Of a DNA stretch of 64,000 bases, positions 40,501-53,270 are shown in pieces. Source of the stretch: Eledone cirrhosa (Eukaryota); assembly GCA_964016885.1 (NCBI GenBank), contig OZ024740.1:415338001-415402000 (forward strand), written 5' to 3'. The position numbers and the translations under genes were made by a program. How positions within the stretch are numbered: position 1 is the stretch's first letter; each line of letters opens with the position of its first letter. The notes under the pieces were generated by a model. The model saw only the letters and a list, made by a program, of their open reading frames with translations. It was not told the DNA's origin and did not search any database.

Positions 40501-43500
40501 GTTAAATTGGAAACCTTTAAAATGGGTGGTTTTATTTCATAGGGATAGAGCCATTTTGGCCAGGTTGGTAACTAAAGGGTTAAATTGGAAACCTTTAAAA
40601 TGGGTGGTTTTATTTCATAGGGATAGAGCCATTTTGGCCAGGTTGGTAACTAAAGGGTTAAATTGGAAACCTTTAAAATGGGTGGTTTTATTTCATAGGG
40701 ATAGAGCCATTTTGGCCAGGTTGGTAACTAAAGGGTTAAATTGGAAACCTTTAAAATGGGTGGTTTTATTTCATAGGGATAGAGCCATTTTGGCCAGGTT
40801 GGTAACTAAAGGGTTAAATTGGAAACCTTTAAAATGGGTGGTTTTATTTCATAGGGATAGAGCCATTTTGGCCAGGTTGGTAACTAAAGGGTTAAATTGG
40901 AAACCTTTAAAATGGGTGGTTTTATTTCATAGAGCCAGAGCCATTTTGGCCAGGTTGGTAACTAAAGGGTTAAATTGGAAACCTTTAAAATGGGTGGTTT
41001 TATTTCATAGGGATAGAGCCATTTTGGCCAGGTTGGTAACTAAAGGGTTAAATTGGAAACCTTTAAAATGGGTGGTTTTATTTCATAGGGATAGAGCCAT
41101 TTTGGCCAGGTTGGTAACTAAATTGGAAACCTTTAAAATGGGTGGTTTTATTTCATAGGGACAGAGCCATTTTGGCCAGGTTGGTAACTAAAGGGTTGAA
41201 TTGGAAACCTTTAAAATGGGTGGTTTTATTTCATAGGGACAGAGCCATTTTGGCCAGGTTGGTAACTAAAGGGGTAAATTGGAAACCTTTAAAATGGGTG
41301 GTTTTATTTCATAGGGATAGAGCCATTTTGGCCAGGTTGGTAACTAAATTGGAAACCTTTAAAATGGGTGGTTTTATTTCATAGAGCCTGAGCCATTTTG
41401 GCCAGGTTGGTAACTAAAGGGTTAAATTGGAAACCTTTAAAATGGGTGGTTTTATTTCATAGGGATAGAGCCATTTTGGCCAGGTTGGTAACTAAATTGG
41501 AAACCTTTAAAATGGGTGGTTTTATTTCATAGGGACAGAGCCATTTTGGCCAGGTTGGTAACTAAAGGTTTGAATTGGAAACCTTTAAAATGGGTGGTTT
41601 TATTTCATAGGGACAGAGCCATTTTGGCCAGGTTGGTAACTAAAGGGTTAAATTGGAAACCTTTAAAATGGGTGGTTTTATTTCATAGGGATAGAGCCAT
41701 TTTGGCCAGGTTGGTAACTAAAGGGTTAAATTGGAAACCTTTAAAATGGGTGGTTTTATTTCATAGGGATAGAGCCATTTTGGCCAGGTTGGTAACTAAA
41801 GGGTTAAATTGGAAACCTTTAAAATGGGTGGTTTTATTTCATAGGGATAGAGCCATTTTGGCCAGGTTGGTAACTAAAGGGTTAAATTGGAAACCTTTAA
41901 AATGGGTGGTTTTATTTCATAGGGATAGAGCCATTTTGGCCAGGTTGGTAACTAAAGGGTTAAATTGGAAACCTTTAAAATGGGTGGTTTTATTTCATAG
42001 GGATAGAGCCATTTTGGCCAGGTTGGTAACTAAAGGGTTAAATTGGAAACCTTTAAAATGGGTGGTTTTATTTCATAGAGCCAGAGCCATTTTGGCCAGG
42101 TTGGTAACTAAAGGGTTAAATTGGAAACCTTTAAAATGGGTGGTTTTATTTCATAGGGATAGAGCCATTTTGGCCAGGTTGGTAACTAAAGGGTTAAATT
42201 GGAAACCTTTAAAATGGGTGGTTTTATTTCATAGGGATAGAGCCATTTTGGCCAGGTTGGTAACTAAAGGGTTAAATTGGAAACCTTTAAAATGGGTGGT
42301 TTTATTTCATAGGGATAGAGCCATTTTGGCCAGGTTGGTAACTAAAGGGTTAAATTGGAAACCTTTAAAATGGGTGGTTTTATTTCATAGAGCCAGAGCC
42401 ATTTTGGCCAGGTTGGTAACTAAAGGGTTAAATTGGAAACCTTTAAAATGGGTGGTTTTATTTCATAGGGATAGAGCCATTTTGGCCAGGTTGGTAACTA
42501 AAGGGTTAAATTGGAAACCTTTAAAATGGGTGGTTTTATTTCATAGAGCCAGAGCCATTTTGGCCAGGTTGGTAACTAAAGGGTTAAATTGGAAACCTTT
42601 AAAATGGGTGGTTTTATTTCATAGGGATAGAGCCATTTTGGCCAGGTTGGTAACTAAAGGGTTAAATTGGAAACCTTTAAAATGGGTGGTTTTATTTCAT
42701 AGGGATAGAGCCATTTTGGCCAGGTTGGTAACTAAAGGGTTAAATTGGAAACCTTTAAAATGGGTGGTTTTATTTCATAGGGATAGAGCCATTTTGGCCA
42801 GGTTGGTAACTAAAGGGTTAAATTGGAAACCTTTAAAATGGGTGGTTTTATTTCATAGGGATAGAGCCATTTTGGCCAGGTTGGTAACTAAAGGGTTAAA
42901 TTGGAATCCTTTAAAATGGGTGGTTTTATTTCATAGGGATAGAGCCATTTTGGCCAGGTTGGTAACTAAAGGGTTAAATTGGAAACCTTTAAAATGGGTG
43001 GTTTTATTTCATAGGGATAGAGCCATTTTGGCCAGGTTGGTAACTAAAGGGTTAAATTGGAAACCTTTAAAATGGGTGGTTTTATTTCATAGGGATAGAG
43101 CCATTTTGGCCAGGTTGGTAACTAAAGGGTTAAATTGGAAACCTTTAAAATGGGTGGTTTTATTTCATAGAGCCAGAGCCATTTTGGCCAGGTTGGTAAC
43201 TAAAGGGTTAAATTGGAAACCTTTAAAATGGGTGGTTTTATTTCATAGGGATAGAGCCATTTTGGCCAGGTTGGTAACTAAAGGGTTAAATTGGAAACCT
43301 TTAAAATGGGTGGTTTTATTTCATAGGGATAGAGCCATTTTGGCCAGGTTGGTAACTAAATTGGAAACCTTTAAAATGGGTGGTTTTATTTCATAGGGAC
43401 AGAGCCATTTTGGCCAGGTTGGTAACTAAAGGGTTGAATTGGAAACCTTTAAAATGGGTGGTTTTATTTCATAGGGACAGAGCCATTTTGGCCAGGTTGG

Positions 43501-45879
43501 TAACTAAAGGGGTAAATTGGAAACCTTTAAAATGGGTGGTTTTATTTCATAGGGATAGAGCCATTTTGGCCAGGTTGGTAACTAAATTGGAAACCTTTAA
43601 AATGGGTGGTTTTATTTCATAGAGCCTGAGCCATTTTGGCCAGGTTGGTAACTAAAGGGTTAAATTGGAAACCTTTAAAATGGGTGGTTTTATTTCATAG
43701 GGATAGAGCCATTTTGGCCAGGTTGGTAACTAAATTGGAAACCTTTAAAATGGGTGGTTTTATTTCATAGGGACAGAGCCATTTTGGCCAGGTTGGTAAC
43801 TAAAGGTTTGAATTGGAAACCTTTAAAATGGGTGGTTTTATTTCATAGGGACAGAGCCATTTTGGCCAGGTTGGTAACTAAAGGGTTAAATTGGAAACCT
43901 TTAAAATGGGTGGTTTTATTTCATAGGGATAGAGCCATTTTGGCCAGGTTGGTAACTAAAGGGTTAAATTGGAAACCTTTAAAATGGGTGGTTTTATTTC
44001 ATAGGGATAGAGCCATTTTGGCCAGGTTGGTAACTAAAGGGTTAAATTGGAAACCTTTAAAATGGGTGGTTTTATTTCATAGGGATAGAGCCATTTTGGC
44101 CAGGTTGGTAACTAAAGGGTTAAATTGGAAACCTTTAAAATGGGTGGTTTTATTTCATAGGGATAGAGCCATTTTGGCCAGGTTGGTAACTAAAGGGTTA
44201 AATTGGAAACCTTTAAAATGGGTGGTTTTATTTCATAGGGATAGAGCCATTTTGGCCAGGTTGGTAACTAAAGGGTTAAATTGGAAACCTTTAAAATGGG
44301 TGGTTTTATTTCATAGAGCCAGAGCCATTTTGGCCAGGTTGGTAACTAAAGGGTTAAATTGGAAACCTTTAAAATGGGTGGTTTTATTTCATAGGGATAG
44401 AGCCATTTTGGCCAGGTTGGTAACTAAAGGGTTAAATTGGAAACCTTTAAAATGGGTGGTTTTATTTCATAGAGCCAGAGCCATTTTGGCCAGGTTGGTA
44501 ACTAAAGGGTTAAATTGGAAACCTTTAAAATGGGTGGTTTTATTTCATAGGGATAGAGCCATTTTGGCCAGGTTGGTAACTAAAGGGTTAAATTGGAAAC
44601 CTTTAAAATGGGTGGTTTTATTTCATAGGGATAGAGCCATTTTGGCCAGGTTGGTAACTAAAGGGTTAAATTGGAAACCTTTAAAATGGGTGGTTTTATT
44701 TCATAGGGATAGAGCCATTTTGGCCAGGTTGGTAACTAAAGGGTTAAATTGGAAACCTTTAAAATGGGTGGTTTTATTTCATAGGGATAGAGCCATTTTG
44801 GCCAGGTTGGTAACTAAAGGGTTAAATTGGAAACCTTTAAAATGGGTGGTTTTATTTCATAGAGCCAGAGCCATTTTGGCCAGGTTGGTAACTAAATTGG
44901 AAACCTTTAAAATGGGTGGTTTTATTTCATAGGGATAGAGCCATTTTGGCCAGGTTGGTAACTAAAGGGTTAAATTGGAAACCTTTAAAATGGGTGGTTT
45001 TATTTCATAGGGATAGAGCCATTTTGGCCAGGTTGGTAACTAAAGGGTTAAATTGGAAACCTTTAAAATGGGTGGTTTTATTTCATAGGGATAGAGCCAT
45101 TTTGGCCAGGTTGGTAACTAAAGGGTTAAATTGGAAACCTTTAAAATGGGTGGTTTTATTTCATAGGGATAGAGCCATTTTGGCCAGGTTGGTAACTAAA
45201 GGGTTAAATTGGAAACCTTTAAAATGGGTGGTTTTATTTCATAGGGATAGAGCCATTTTGGCCAGGTTGGTAACTAAAGGGTTAAATTGGAAACCTTTAA
45301 AATGGGTGGTTTTATTTCATAGGGATAGAGCCATTTTGGCCAGGTTGGTAACTAAATTGGAAACCTTTAAAATGGGTGGTTTTATTTCATAGAGCCAGAG
45401 CCATTTTGGCCAGGTTGGTAACTAAAGGGTTAAATTGGAAACCTTTAAAATGGGTGGTTTTATTTCATAGGGATAGAGCCATTTTGGCCAGGTTGGTAAC
45501 TAAATTGGAAACCTTTAAAATGGGTGGTTTTATTTCATAGGGACAGAGCCATTTTGGCCAGGTTGGTAACTAAAGGGTTGAATTGGAAACCTTTAAAATG
45601 GGTGGTTTTATTTCATAGGGACAGAGCCATTTTGGCCAGGTTGGTAACTAAAGGGTTAAATTGGAAACCTTTAAAATGGGTGGTTTTATTTCATAGGGAT
45701 AGAGCCATTTTGGCCAGGTTGGTAACTAAAGGGTTAAATTGGAAACCTTTAAAATGGGTGGTTTTATTTCATAGGGATAGAGCCATTTTGGCCAGGTTGG
45801 TAACTAAATTGGAAACATTTAAAATGGGTGGTTTTATTTCATAGGGACAGAGCCATTTTGGCCAGGTTGGTAACTAAAG
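37562..45879. repeat. 78-bp satellite (about 108 units, some 70 bp) derived from a MITE terminus
   Basis: TTAAATTGGAAACCTTTAAAATGGGTGGTTTTATTTCATAGGGATAGAGCCATTTTGGCCAGGTTGGTAACTAAAGGG; near-identical units. Confidence 0.98.
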
Positions 45880-46024
45880 TATGCTCCTTAGCAATGATAT
45901 GATCTATATTTATAAAAGTCTCATAATGATGGTCTGATGTAGTAAACATTGTGTAGAGTGTAAAATACGTGTCAGCAAGTTATCCCATTATAACGTGACT
46001 GTCTGCAAAGCTAGTCAATAGATA

Positions 46025-46260
46025 TGTTGATGGTGGTGATGGTAATGTTGGTGGTTGTGGTGATGATGATGGTGTTGTTGGTGATTGTGGTGGTGGGGAT
46101 GTTGGTGGTGGTAATGTTGGTGGTGGTGGTGGTAATGGTGGTGGTGGTGGTGGCTGTAGTGGTAGTGGTGGTCATGGTAGTAGTGATAGTGGTGGTGATG
46201 GTGGTAGTAGTGGTGGTGGTGGTGGTAGTGGTGGTGGTGTTGGCAGTGGCGGCAGTGGTT
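46025..46260. repeat. (GGT/GAT)n microsatellite
   Basis: Direct reading. Confidence 0.9.
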
Positions 46261-46634
46261 ATCATTCTACAGTTAGCTTATAAACAGAATAGTTGATTGC
46301 TAAGTATGTCTGTTGCTTGTTTAAAGTTGAAATAAAGAATTTATTGCTTTTATATCAACTGTGATCATCATTTAACATCCATTTTTCCATGCTAGCATGG
46401 GTTAGACGAGTTGTCCTGTTGTGAAACAAGTCAGATCAGCTGACCATGTCTTGCTCATACAGAACAGTTTCTGGCTTGGTTTATATAGCTGGATATGCCA
46501 TTCCTGACACCAACCACTTTACAGTGTGGACTGGGGGCTGGTGTGGGGGAGGTGTGTGGAGATTGGAGAGGTAAATCTAGAGTGGGTCATTCATCTGGTG
46601 GGTGGACGATGATACTAGAGGCAAATAGTTATTT

Positions 46635-46818
46635 ACACCTTTGGCACAAGGCCAGCAATTATATCAGTGCATTACTGGTACTTTATTTTATGGACCCTGT
46701 CAGGATGAAAGGGAAAGTTAACCTCGACTGGATTTGAACTCAAACTGTAAAGGGCCGTAACTCTATGCTACAAAGCATGGCGTCTGACCCTCTACAGATA
46801 CTGCCAATCTGCCACCCT
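46635..46818 (-). mobile_element. tRNA-derived SINE copy
   Basis: Reverse complement of the 2291 family. Confidence 0.8.
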
Positions 46819-46935
46819 AGACAAATAATGACAAAAGACATGCAATTGCATTTACTATCACTGAGAAGAGTTGCACATATTAAATAATGTTGAAATATCA
46901 AAGTTTATTGTTTACACATCTTTATATTATTGTAG

Positions 46936-47030
46936 GAATTGAGATTCTGAAAATAACAAAGTTGACAGCCAAAATAGGAATCACTAACAACATAAGCCTG
47001 GGTTTATTCTATAAACTAGGTTTTATTGAG
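46936..47030 (+). CDS. NAT9: NAT9-like exon
   Basis: ttgtAG...GTaggt; (G)IEILKITKLTAKIGITNNISLGLFYKLGFIE, cf. NAT9 LTKFEAKIGQGNEPSIRMFQKLHF; 95 bp. Confidence 0.93.
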
Positions 47031-47069
47031 GTAGGTTATATAATATTGTCTTTTTTGACTTGGATGGTA

Positions 47070-47600
47070 TCATCAACACAGTTTTTCGTCCGTTCTTCCA
47101 TGCTAGCATGGGTTAGACGGGTTGTCCTGTTGTGAGCAGTGTCCGGTTGGCTGAACTTGTCTTGCTCATACGGGAACTGATTCTGGCTTCATTTCTACAG
47201 CAGGATGCCTTTCCTAACACCAACCTCATTTACAGTGAGTGCTGGGTGCTTTTTTCCGTGGCGTCTACACGTCCACTTTACAGTGAGTGCTAGGTGCTTT
47301 TTTTTGCCGTGACACTTCCACAACCACTTTGCAGTGGGAGGGTGTGTGGGCATATTGTCTATATGCTTCAGCTTCGGCTTGTATTCGTGGGGGTTCAGGT
47401 CTTCTGTATTACTGCATGACGCCAGAGGTCCCGGTCGTGTGTCATCGCCTTTAAGAGGTGTAATTGGGTAAGGTCGGCTTTTATCACCTCATCCCAGGTC
47501 TTCTTGAGTCTCCCCACTCTGCGGCTTCCATTGACTTCTAGTGCTCTGCACCTTTTTATGCAGCTGTCATCCTTCATACGCATCACATGTCCATGGTATA
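47070..47600 (-). mobile_element. RTE sister-family 3' fragment
   Basis: MMRMKDDSCIKRCRAL...DRDLWRHAVIQKT plus a 3'UTR like that at 56700-57000. Confidence 0.85.
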
Positions 47601-47642
47601 TTTCATTGTTTTCCTTCTACAGCTTTTTGTGCCATCACTGTA

Positions 47643-48300
47643 TCAGTGTTTGACGAACCATGACGTTCAATGCTGTTTGATCTCAGGGGAGATCCCTCAG
47701 TGTTTGACGAACCATGACGTTCTACACTGTTTGATCTCAGGGGAGATCCCTCAGTGTTTGATGAATCATCGGTATATAGTATAGTCCAAGAACAAAGAGG
47801 AAACCATCAACCTTAGAGTAAATGTCCTGTGGGCTGACACCAAAATTATTGATCAGCTACCTCTAAACACTAAGCCTGCTCAAGTTGAGCTAACTAAGTC
47901 TACATGATCACAACAGTAATATTCATTGAATTGAATACTAAATCATAACAGTAGGCCTGCTCAAGTTGAGCTAACTAGGTCTACCTGATCACAACAGTAA
48001 TATCCACTGAATTGAATACTAAATCATAACAGTAGGCCTGCTCAAGTTGAGCTAACTAGGTCTACCTGATCACAACAGTAATATCCACTGAATTGAATAC
48101 TAAATCATAACAGTAGGCCTGCTCAAGTTGAGCTAACTAGGTCTACCTGATCACAACAGTAATATCCACTGAATTGAATACTAAATCATAACAGTAGGCC
48201 TGCTCAAGTTGAGCTAACCATAATGTTCCACGCTGTTTGATCTCAGGGGAGATCCCTCAGTGTTTGACAAACCATGACATTCCTCCCTGTTCGATCTCAA
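47643..48300. repeat. 54-bp tandem repeat interrupted by a second 81-bp array (about 47868-48218)
   Basis: TCAGTGTTTGACGAACCATGACGTTC...GATCTCAGGGGAGATCCC at 47643, 47697 and 47751; resumes at about 48216. Confidence 0.88.
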
Positions 48301-48749
48301 ACAAGATCCCATACTTCTGCCGCTTTGATGTTGAAATTGTCAAAAAAGGACCTTTGATGATCTCTGGCATGCTTCTCAGGAATGTTTCCACTAATGGAAA
48401 GGTCTCTCAGCATGCTCTTCCTGATGGCATGTTCTAGGAACATTAGTTGTTACTTTTTAATAGTGAGCAGTATCTCACATTCCATCTGCTCTCTCTTCAA
48501 AAGCTCTTTATTATTTATTTGGTCGACGTACAGCTTAACAGAAGTTTAATATTTTAATTAGAAATTGGTTTAATGTTTTGTATCATGGGTGTGTGGTGAA
48601 GAATGTCAATGACCCACTGTTAGTTTGAAAGGCTTCACTGATTGTATCAGGTTATTTTTATAAAGTAGTATCAACACTGTTATTTTTATTTTTCTACTAC
48701 CTACTCTTAATCCTATGACAAAAGAAAAACTGGTTTGTTTGAGTAGATA

Positions 48750-48951
48750 TATGAGGGTCAGATGAAAGATTTATAGGCTGACTATGAAGGAGTTAAGCTA
48801 GAGCTATGAAATCTTGCATGCATTAATTTCAGTGCTTCTCAATAACTGTATTGTTTCTTTCTAGGGACTATATTGAAAAATAAACCTCATTTGGTCATTC
48901 CATTCCATGAGAGTATCTTAGTCAGCTTATGAATTTTTCAGCTGACCCTTA
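48750..48951. mobile_element. Tc1/mariner-type MITE (related copy at about 51710-51890)
   Basis: TA-flanked inverted ends gagggtcagatgaaag and tttttcagctgaccctt. Confidence 0.6.
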
Positions 48952-48979
48952 TATATATGTATTTATTTATATATATATA

Positions 48980-51304
48980 TCATCATCATGATTGTCTTGC
49001 TCGCATAGGACTGTCTGGCAGGTTTTCTACAGTTGGATACCCTTCCTAACACCAACCACATTTACAGTGTGGGTCTGGGAGGTTTTTACCGTGTTGCCTA
49101 CACGGCCACATTACAGCGTGGACTGTGTGTTTTTTTGTCGTGACACCTACACGATCTCATTTGTTTCGGCCTGGATGGCGTGGCACCGACATAACTTTAC
49201 ATAGATGGGGGTGGTGTGGATGGGGTGGGGGTGGTGGGACGGGGTGTATTTTGTTAGAGATGCCTACTGGCTGTAGTAGGTTTTACTATGTATTTAGGTA
49301 AGGCGGGTCTTCTCTGTTACTGAGTACCGCCAAAGGTCTCGGTCCAGTGACATTGTCTTGGAGAGGTGTAAGTGTGTAAGGTCGGAGTTTATCAGCTCGT
49401 CCCAGGTTTTTCTAGGTCTGCCTATTCCGTGGCTACCGTCTATCTTTATTGCCCTGCACTTTATTATACAGCTATCGACTTTCATGCGCATCACGTGTCC
49501 ATACCAACGTAGCCTTCTCTCGAGTAAACAACATCTGATCCCTCTTATTTCTAATTTTTTCCTTAGTTCGTTTATGCTTTGCCGTTCACGTATATTACTG
49601 TTACACATCCAGCGGAGCATGCAAGCTTCATTCCTCTCTAGTCTGCGTATATCCTCTGCACACAATGCCCAGGTCTCACTGCCATGCAACATTGCTGTTC
49701 GTATGCAGGCATCATACAACCTGCCTTTCATTTTTAGGGAGAACCCTTTAGCAGCTAATAGTGGTATAAGCTCTCTGAACTTTTTCCATCCAGTTCTGAC
49801 TCTAGCTACTGTACTTTCTGAGCACCCTCCCCCACTGCTGATTTTGTCACCCAGGTAACGGAAGCTGTTCACTATTTCTATAGAGCCCTCTGCGCAGTTG
49901 TAAGAGCTAGTATTTTGTGGGCACTTGCTGCTACTTATTGCACCAGAGCACCGGCCACATGTAAAATCTATGTTCTTAGTTAGCTTACCTGTGATCCCAC
50001 TACATCTTTTATGCACCCAAACTTTGCATTTGGGACATAAAATGGAGTTTCTACCTACGCCTTTGCTACACACTGAGCATGGCCATTTCCCAGAAGGGAC
50101 CGCCGCCTTATTTTCTTTCCTACAAACTAGAACTTTAGTCTTAGCCAGGTTAATTTTAAGTCCTTTTGATTCTAGGCCATGCTTCCATGTTTGGAATTTC
50201 TTCTCTAGCTCGGCCATTGATTCAGCTATGAGTGTCAGGTCGTCTGCGTATAGGAGTTCCCATGGGCAGCCGGTCTTGAACTCCTCTGTTATAGCCTGAA
50301 GGGCAATAATAAATAGTAGGGGGCTAAGAACAGAGCCCTGATGGACGCCAACTTTTACGCTAAACTCTTCACTATGTTCGTTGTTAATTCTAACCTTGCT
50401 GACTGTTTCTTTATACATGGCTTGTATAGCTCTCACAAGCCATTCGTCAACACCTAGTTTTCTAAGAGCCCACCAGATAATGGAGCGGGGGACTCTGTCG
50501 AAGGCTTTCTCCAAGTCGACAAAAGCTAAGTAGAGGGGTTTACCTTTAGCTAGGTACTTCTCCTGTAGTTTTTGTACAATGAAAAGAGCGTCTGTGGTAC
50601 TTTTGCCTGACACAAACCCGAACTGCATTTCATCTAGGTCAATTCTCTCTCTGATTAGTTGCGCTATTACTTTTTCCGTGACCTTCATGACCTGGTCGAT
50701 TAATTTAATGCCTCTATAGTTACTCCTATCTAGGGCATCTTCTTTACCCTTATAACAGTTAACGATGATGCTGCTATGCCAGTCCTTTGGAACAACCCCA
50801 TTCTGTACGACTTGGTTAACTATGCGGGTGACCATGGTGTGTCCCACCATGCCAGATGCCATCAGCATCTCAGCGACTATTTCCGAAGGCCCAGCCGCCT
50901 TACCCGTCTTCATATCCTTGATTGCCTTACTTATTATACTCCCCTCGACTAACACTGCTGGTCCCTCTATTGGGTCGATGTGGGGGAGACTGTCTTTCTC
51001 CCATTTATTCTCCTCATTTAGTAGCCTTTCATAGTGACACTTCCAAGCTACCTTCTTATCAGCGTCAGTGATGGCAAGTACGCCGTCATCATTAAGTACA
51101 CACTTCTCCCCGACAATATCACGGTTTTCCTTGACACATTGCCTAGCAATCCTGAACACCTCACGTTTTTGGTCCTCGCGTTGTAGAACATGCTTGAACT
51201 TTCTTTCCTCTGCTTCCCTTCTTGCGAAGTACACTTGTATCCTAGCTTCCCTCCTGGCCACTTGATAGTCTTCTCTACTTCCCCCATCCCGCCATACTTT
51301 CCAA
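48980..51304 (-). mobile_element. 5'-truncated RTE (copy E) with an intact 655-aa ORF
   Basis: ORF 49294-51261 with all RT motifs; (TA)n on both sides. Confidence 0.95.
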
Positions 51305-51332
51305 ATATATATATATATATATATATATATAA

Positions 51333-51677
51333 GGCGTCACGCAGTAATACAGAAGACCCGACTTCCCATGGGTACAAGCCGAAGCTGAAGCATATAGACG
51401 ATATGCTCCCACTGCAAAGTGGTCGTGGAGGTGCCACGGCAAAAAAAGCACCCAGCCCACACTGTAAAGTGGACGTGTAAGTGCCACGGAAAAAAAGCAC
51501 CCAGTACTCACTGTAAATGAGGTTGGTGTTAGGAAGGGCATCCAGCTGTAGAAATCAAGCCAGAATCAGTTCCCGTATGAGCACGACAAGGTCAGCCGAC
51601 TGGACACTGCCCACAACAGGACAACCCGTCTAACCCATGCTAGCATGGAAGAACGGACGTAAAACGGTGATGATGAT
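51333..51677 (+). mobile_element. RTE sister-family 3' end
   Basis: Matches 56660-56998; ends cggacgtaaaacggtgatgatgat. Confidence 0.85.
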
Positions 51678-52202
51678 ATATCATCATCATCATCATATAT
51701 ATATATATACACGAGAGTAGGCTGAGAAGTTCATAGGTTGACTAAGAAGGACTGAAATCTTGTATGCATTAATTTCAACACTTTTTATTAATAACTGCAT
51801 TATTTCTTTCCAGGAACTATGTTGAAAATAAACCTCATTTGGTCATTCCATGAAAGTATCTTGGTCAGCCTATGAACTTTTCAATCTAAGAACTTATTAG
51901 ATGAACCTCATATTTGTTGAATTTAGCCCTTTAAGTTATACTTGTATTCCATCATATTCACATTTTCCAGTTTTAATTTTGCTTCTATAGTTTAGTTCCA
52001 TTAGTTGTTAATTCTTTTAGTGCTTTGTTTTCTATAGTTCAATACCAATAGCTGTTTTACTTCTTATGGCTTTTACAAACATGTTCCTTCATGTCTCAAC
52101 TCATTAGCATGTTATTTCTACACTCAACACTATAACCTGATAGTTGTGGTGTTATTGCATTATCGTGTTCTCATTTGAATACAATTTTTAAAAAAATGTT
52201 TT

Positions 52203-52507
52203 TTAACCCTTTAGCATTTACATTACTATATATTCACTATTATATTTTCACGGTAACCACTTTACCTCGAAAAATTATCTCACATAATATAGAATCTATG
52301 AGATTTTTATATTATTATTTTGAGAACAATACCTCAACATCGGTATGAACAGCCGGTTATGGCTGGTTTGAACAGAAAGAGGTGAGAGAATACTGGTTGG
52401 ATATAGCCAGTTTAAATGCTAAAGGGTTAAACTTCACCTCAATAGCCTGTTTAACCCTTTAGCATTTAAACCGGCTATATCCGACCAGTATTCTCTCACC
52501 TCTTTCT
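52203..52507. mobile_element. piggyBac-like MITE family 2 plus an inverted duplicate of its right end
   Basis: TTAACCCTTTAGCATTTA...TAAATGCTAAAGGGTTAA; 52450-52507 is the reverse complement of about 52373-52431. Confidence 0.75.
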
Positions 52508-52716
52508 CAGAGAATATTAACCTGTTAAACCTTCTATAAACACATTAATCTGTGAGCCTTATCTCTTGAACTCCAATAAGAATTTCCCTGAATATATGAA
52601 AATAATGAACTTGTTTATCATATAGATAAGCATCAATCACTGATATTTGGATGCGATTGAATGTTTAATATATAAAGATTCAGACACTAGAAGTTTGAAG
52701 AATGATGACTGTGTGA

Positions 52717-53185
52717 TTAACCTTTTAGTTATCAAACCGGTCAAAACTGGTTGGTTCTGGTTCTATGAAATAAAACCACCCATTTTGACCACATTTCTAA
52801 TGAAATACACTCTATTTTAATTAATTAATTAAGAATTTTGAAGGACTTACTAAAATTATTAATTATTTCATTACTAAAATAGTAACTTAATATAAAGTTC
52901 TTATATAAAATTATGTTGGAAGATTTTAATACAAATTGGAAACCTTTAAAATGGGTGACCCTATTTCATAGAACCAGAGCTGGTTTTGGCTGGGTTGGTA
53001 ACTAAAGGGTTAATGGTTTCCAATTTAAATTAAAATCTTCCAACATAATTTTATATAAGAACCTTACATTAAGTTATATCTTAGTAATGAAATAATTAAT
53101 AATTTTAGTAAATCCCTCAAAATTCTTCATTAATCAATGAAAATAGAGTATATTTCATTAGAAATGTGGTCATGAAAGAGTTAAA
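52717..53185. mobile_element. piggyBac-like MITE family 1, rearranged pair
   Basis: ttaaccttttagttatcaaacc...ggttggtaactaaagggttaa, followed by an inverted partial copy ending gtggtcatgaaagagttaa. Confidence 0.75.
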
Positions 53186-53270
53186 GAGTTTTACCTCCAA
53201 ATATAAGAGTGAGTCTCAACAATGACAGTCTTGTGTTGTATTTATTTTATAGCAGGACATTATTTTTTAA

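Noticed and set aside
37514-45844. Long ORFs (702, 626 and 392 aa) of repeated LNWKPLKWVVLFHRDRAILARLVTKG
   Set aside because: A by-product of a 78-bp (3n) unit with no stop in one frame. The sequence is MITE-derived and intronic, and 8-bp deletions break the frame repeatedly.
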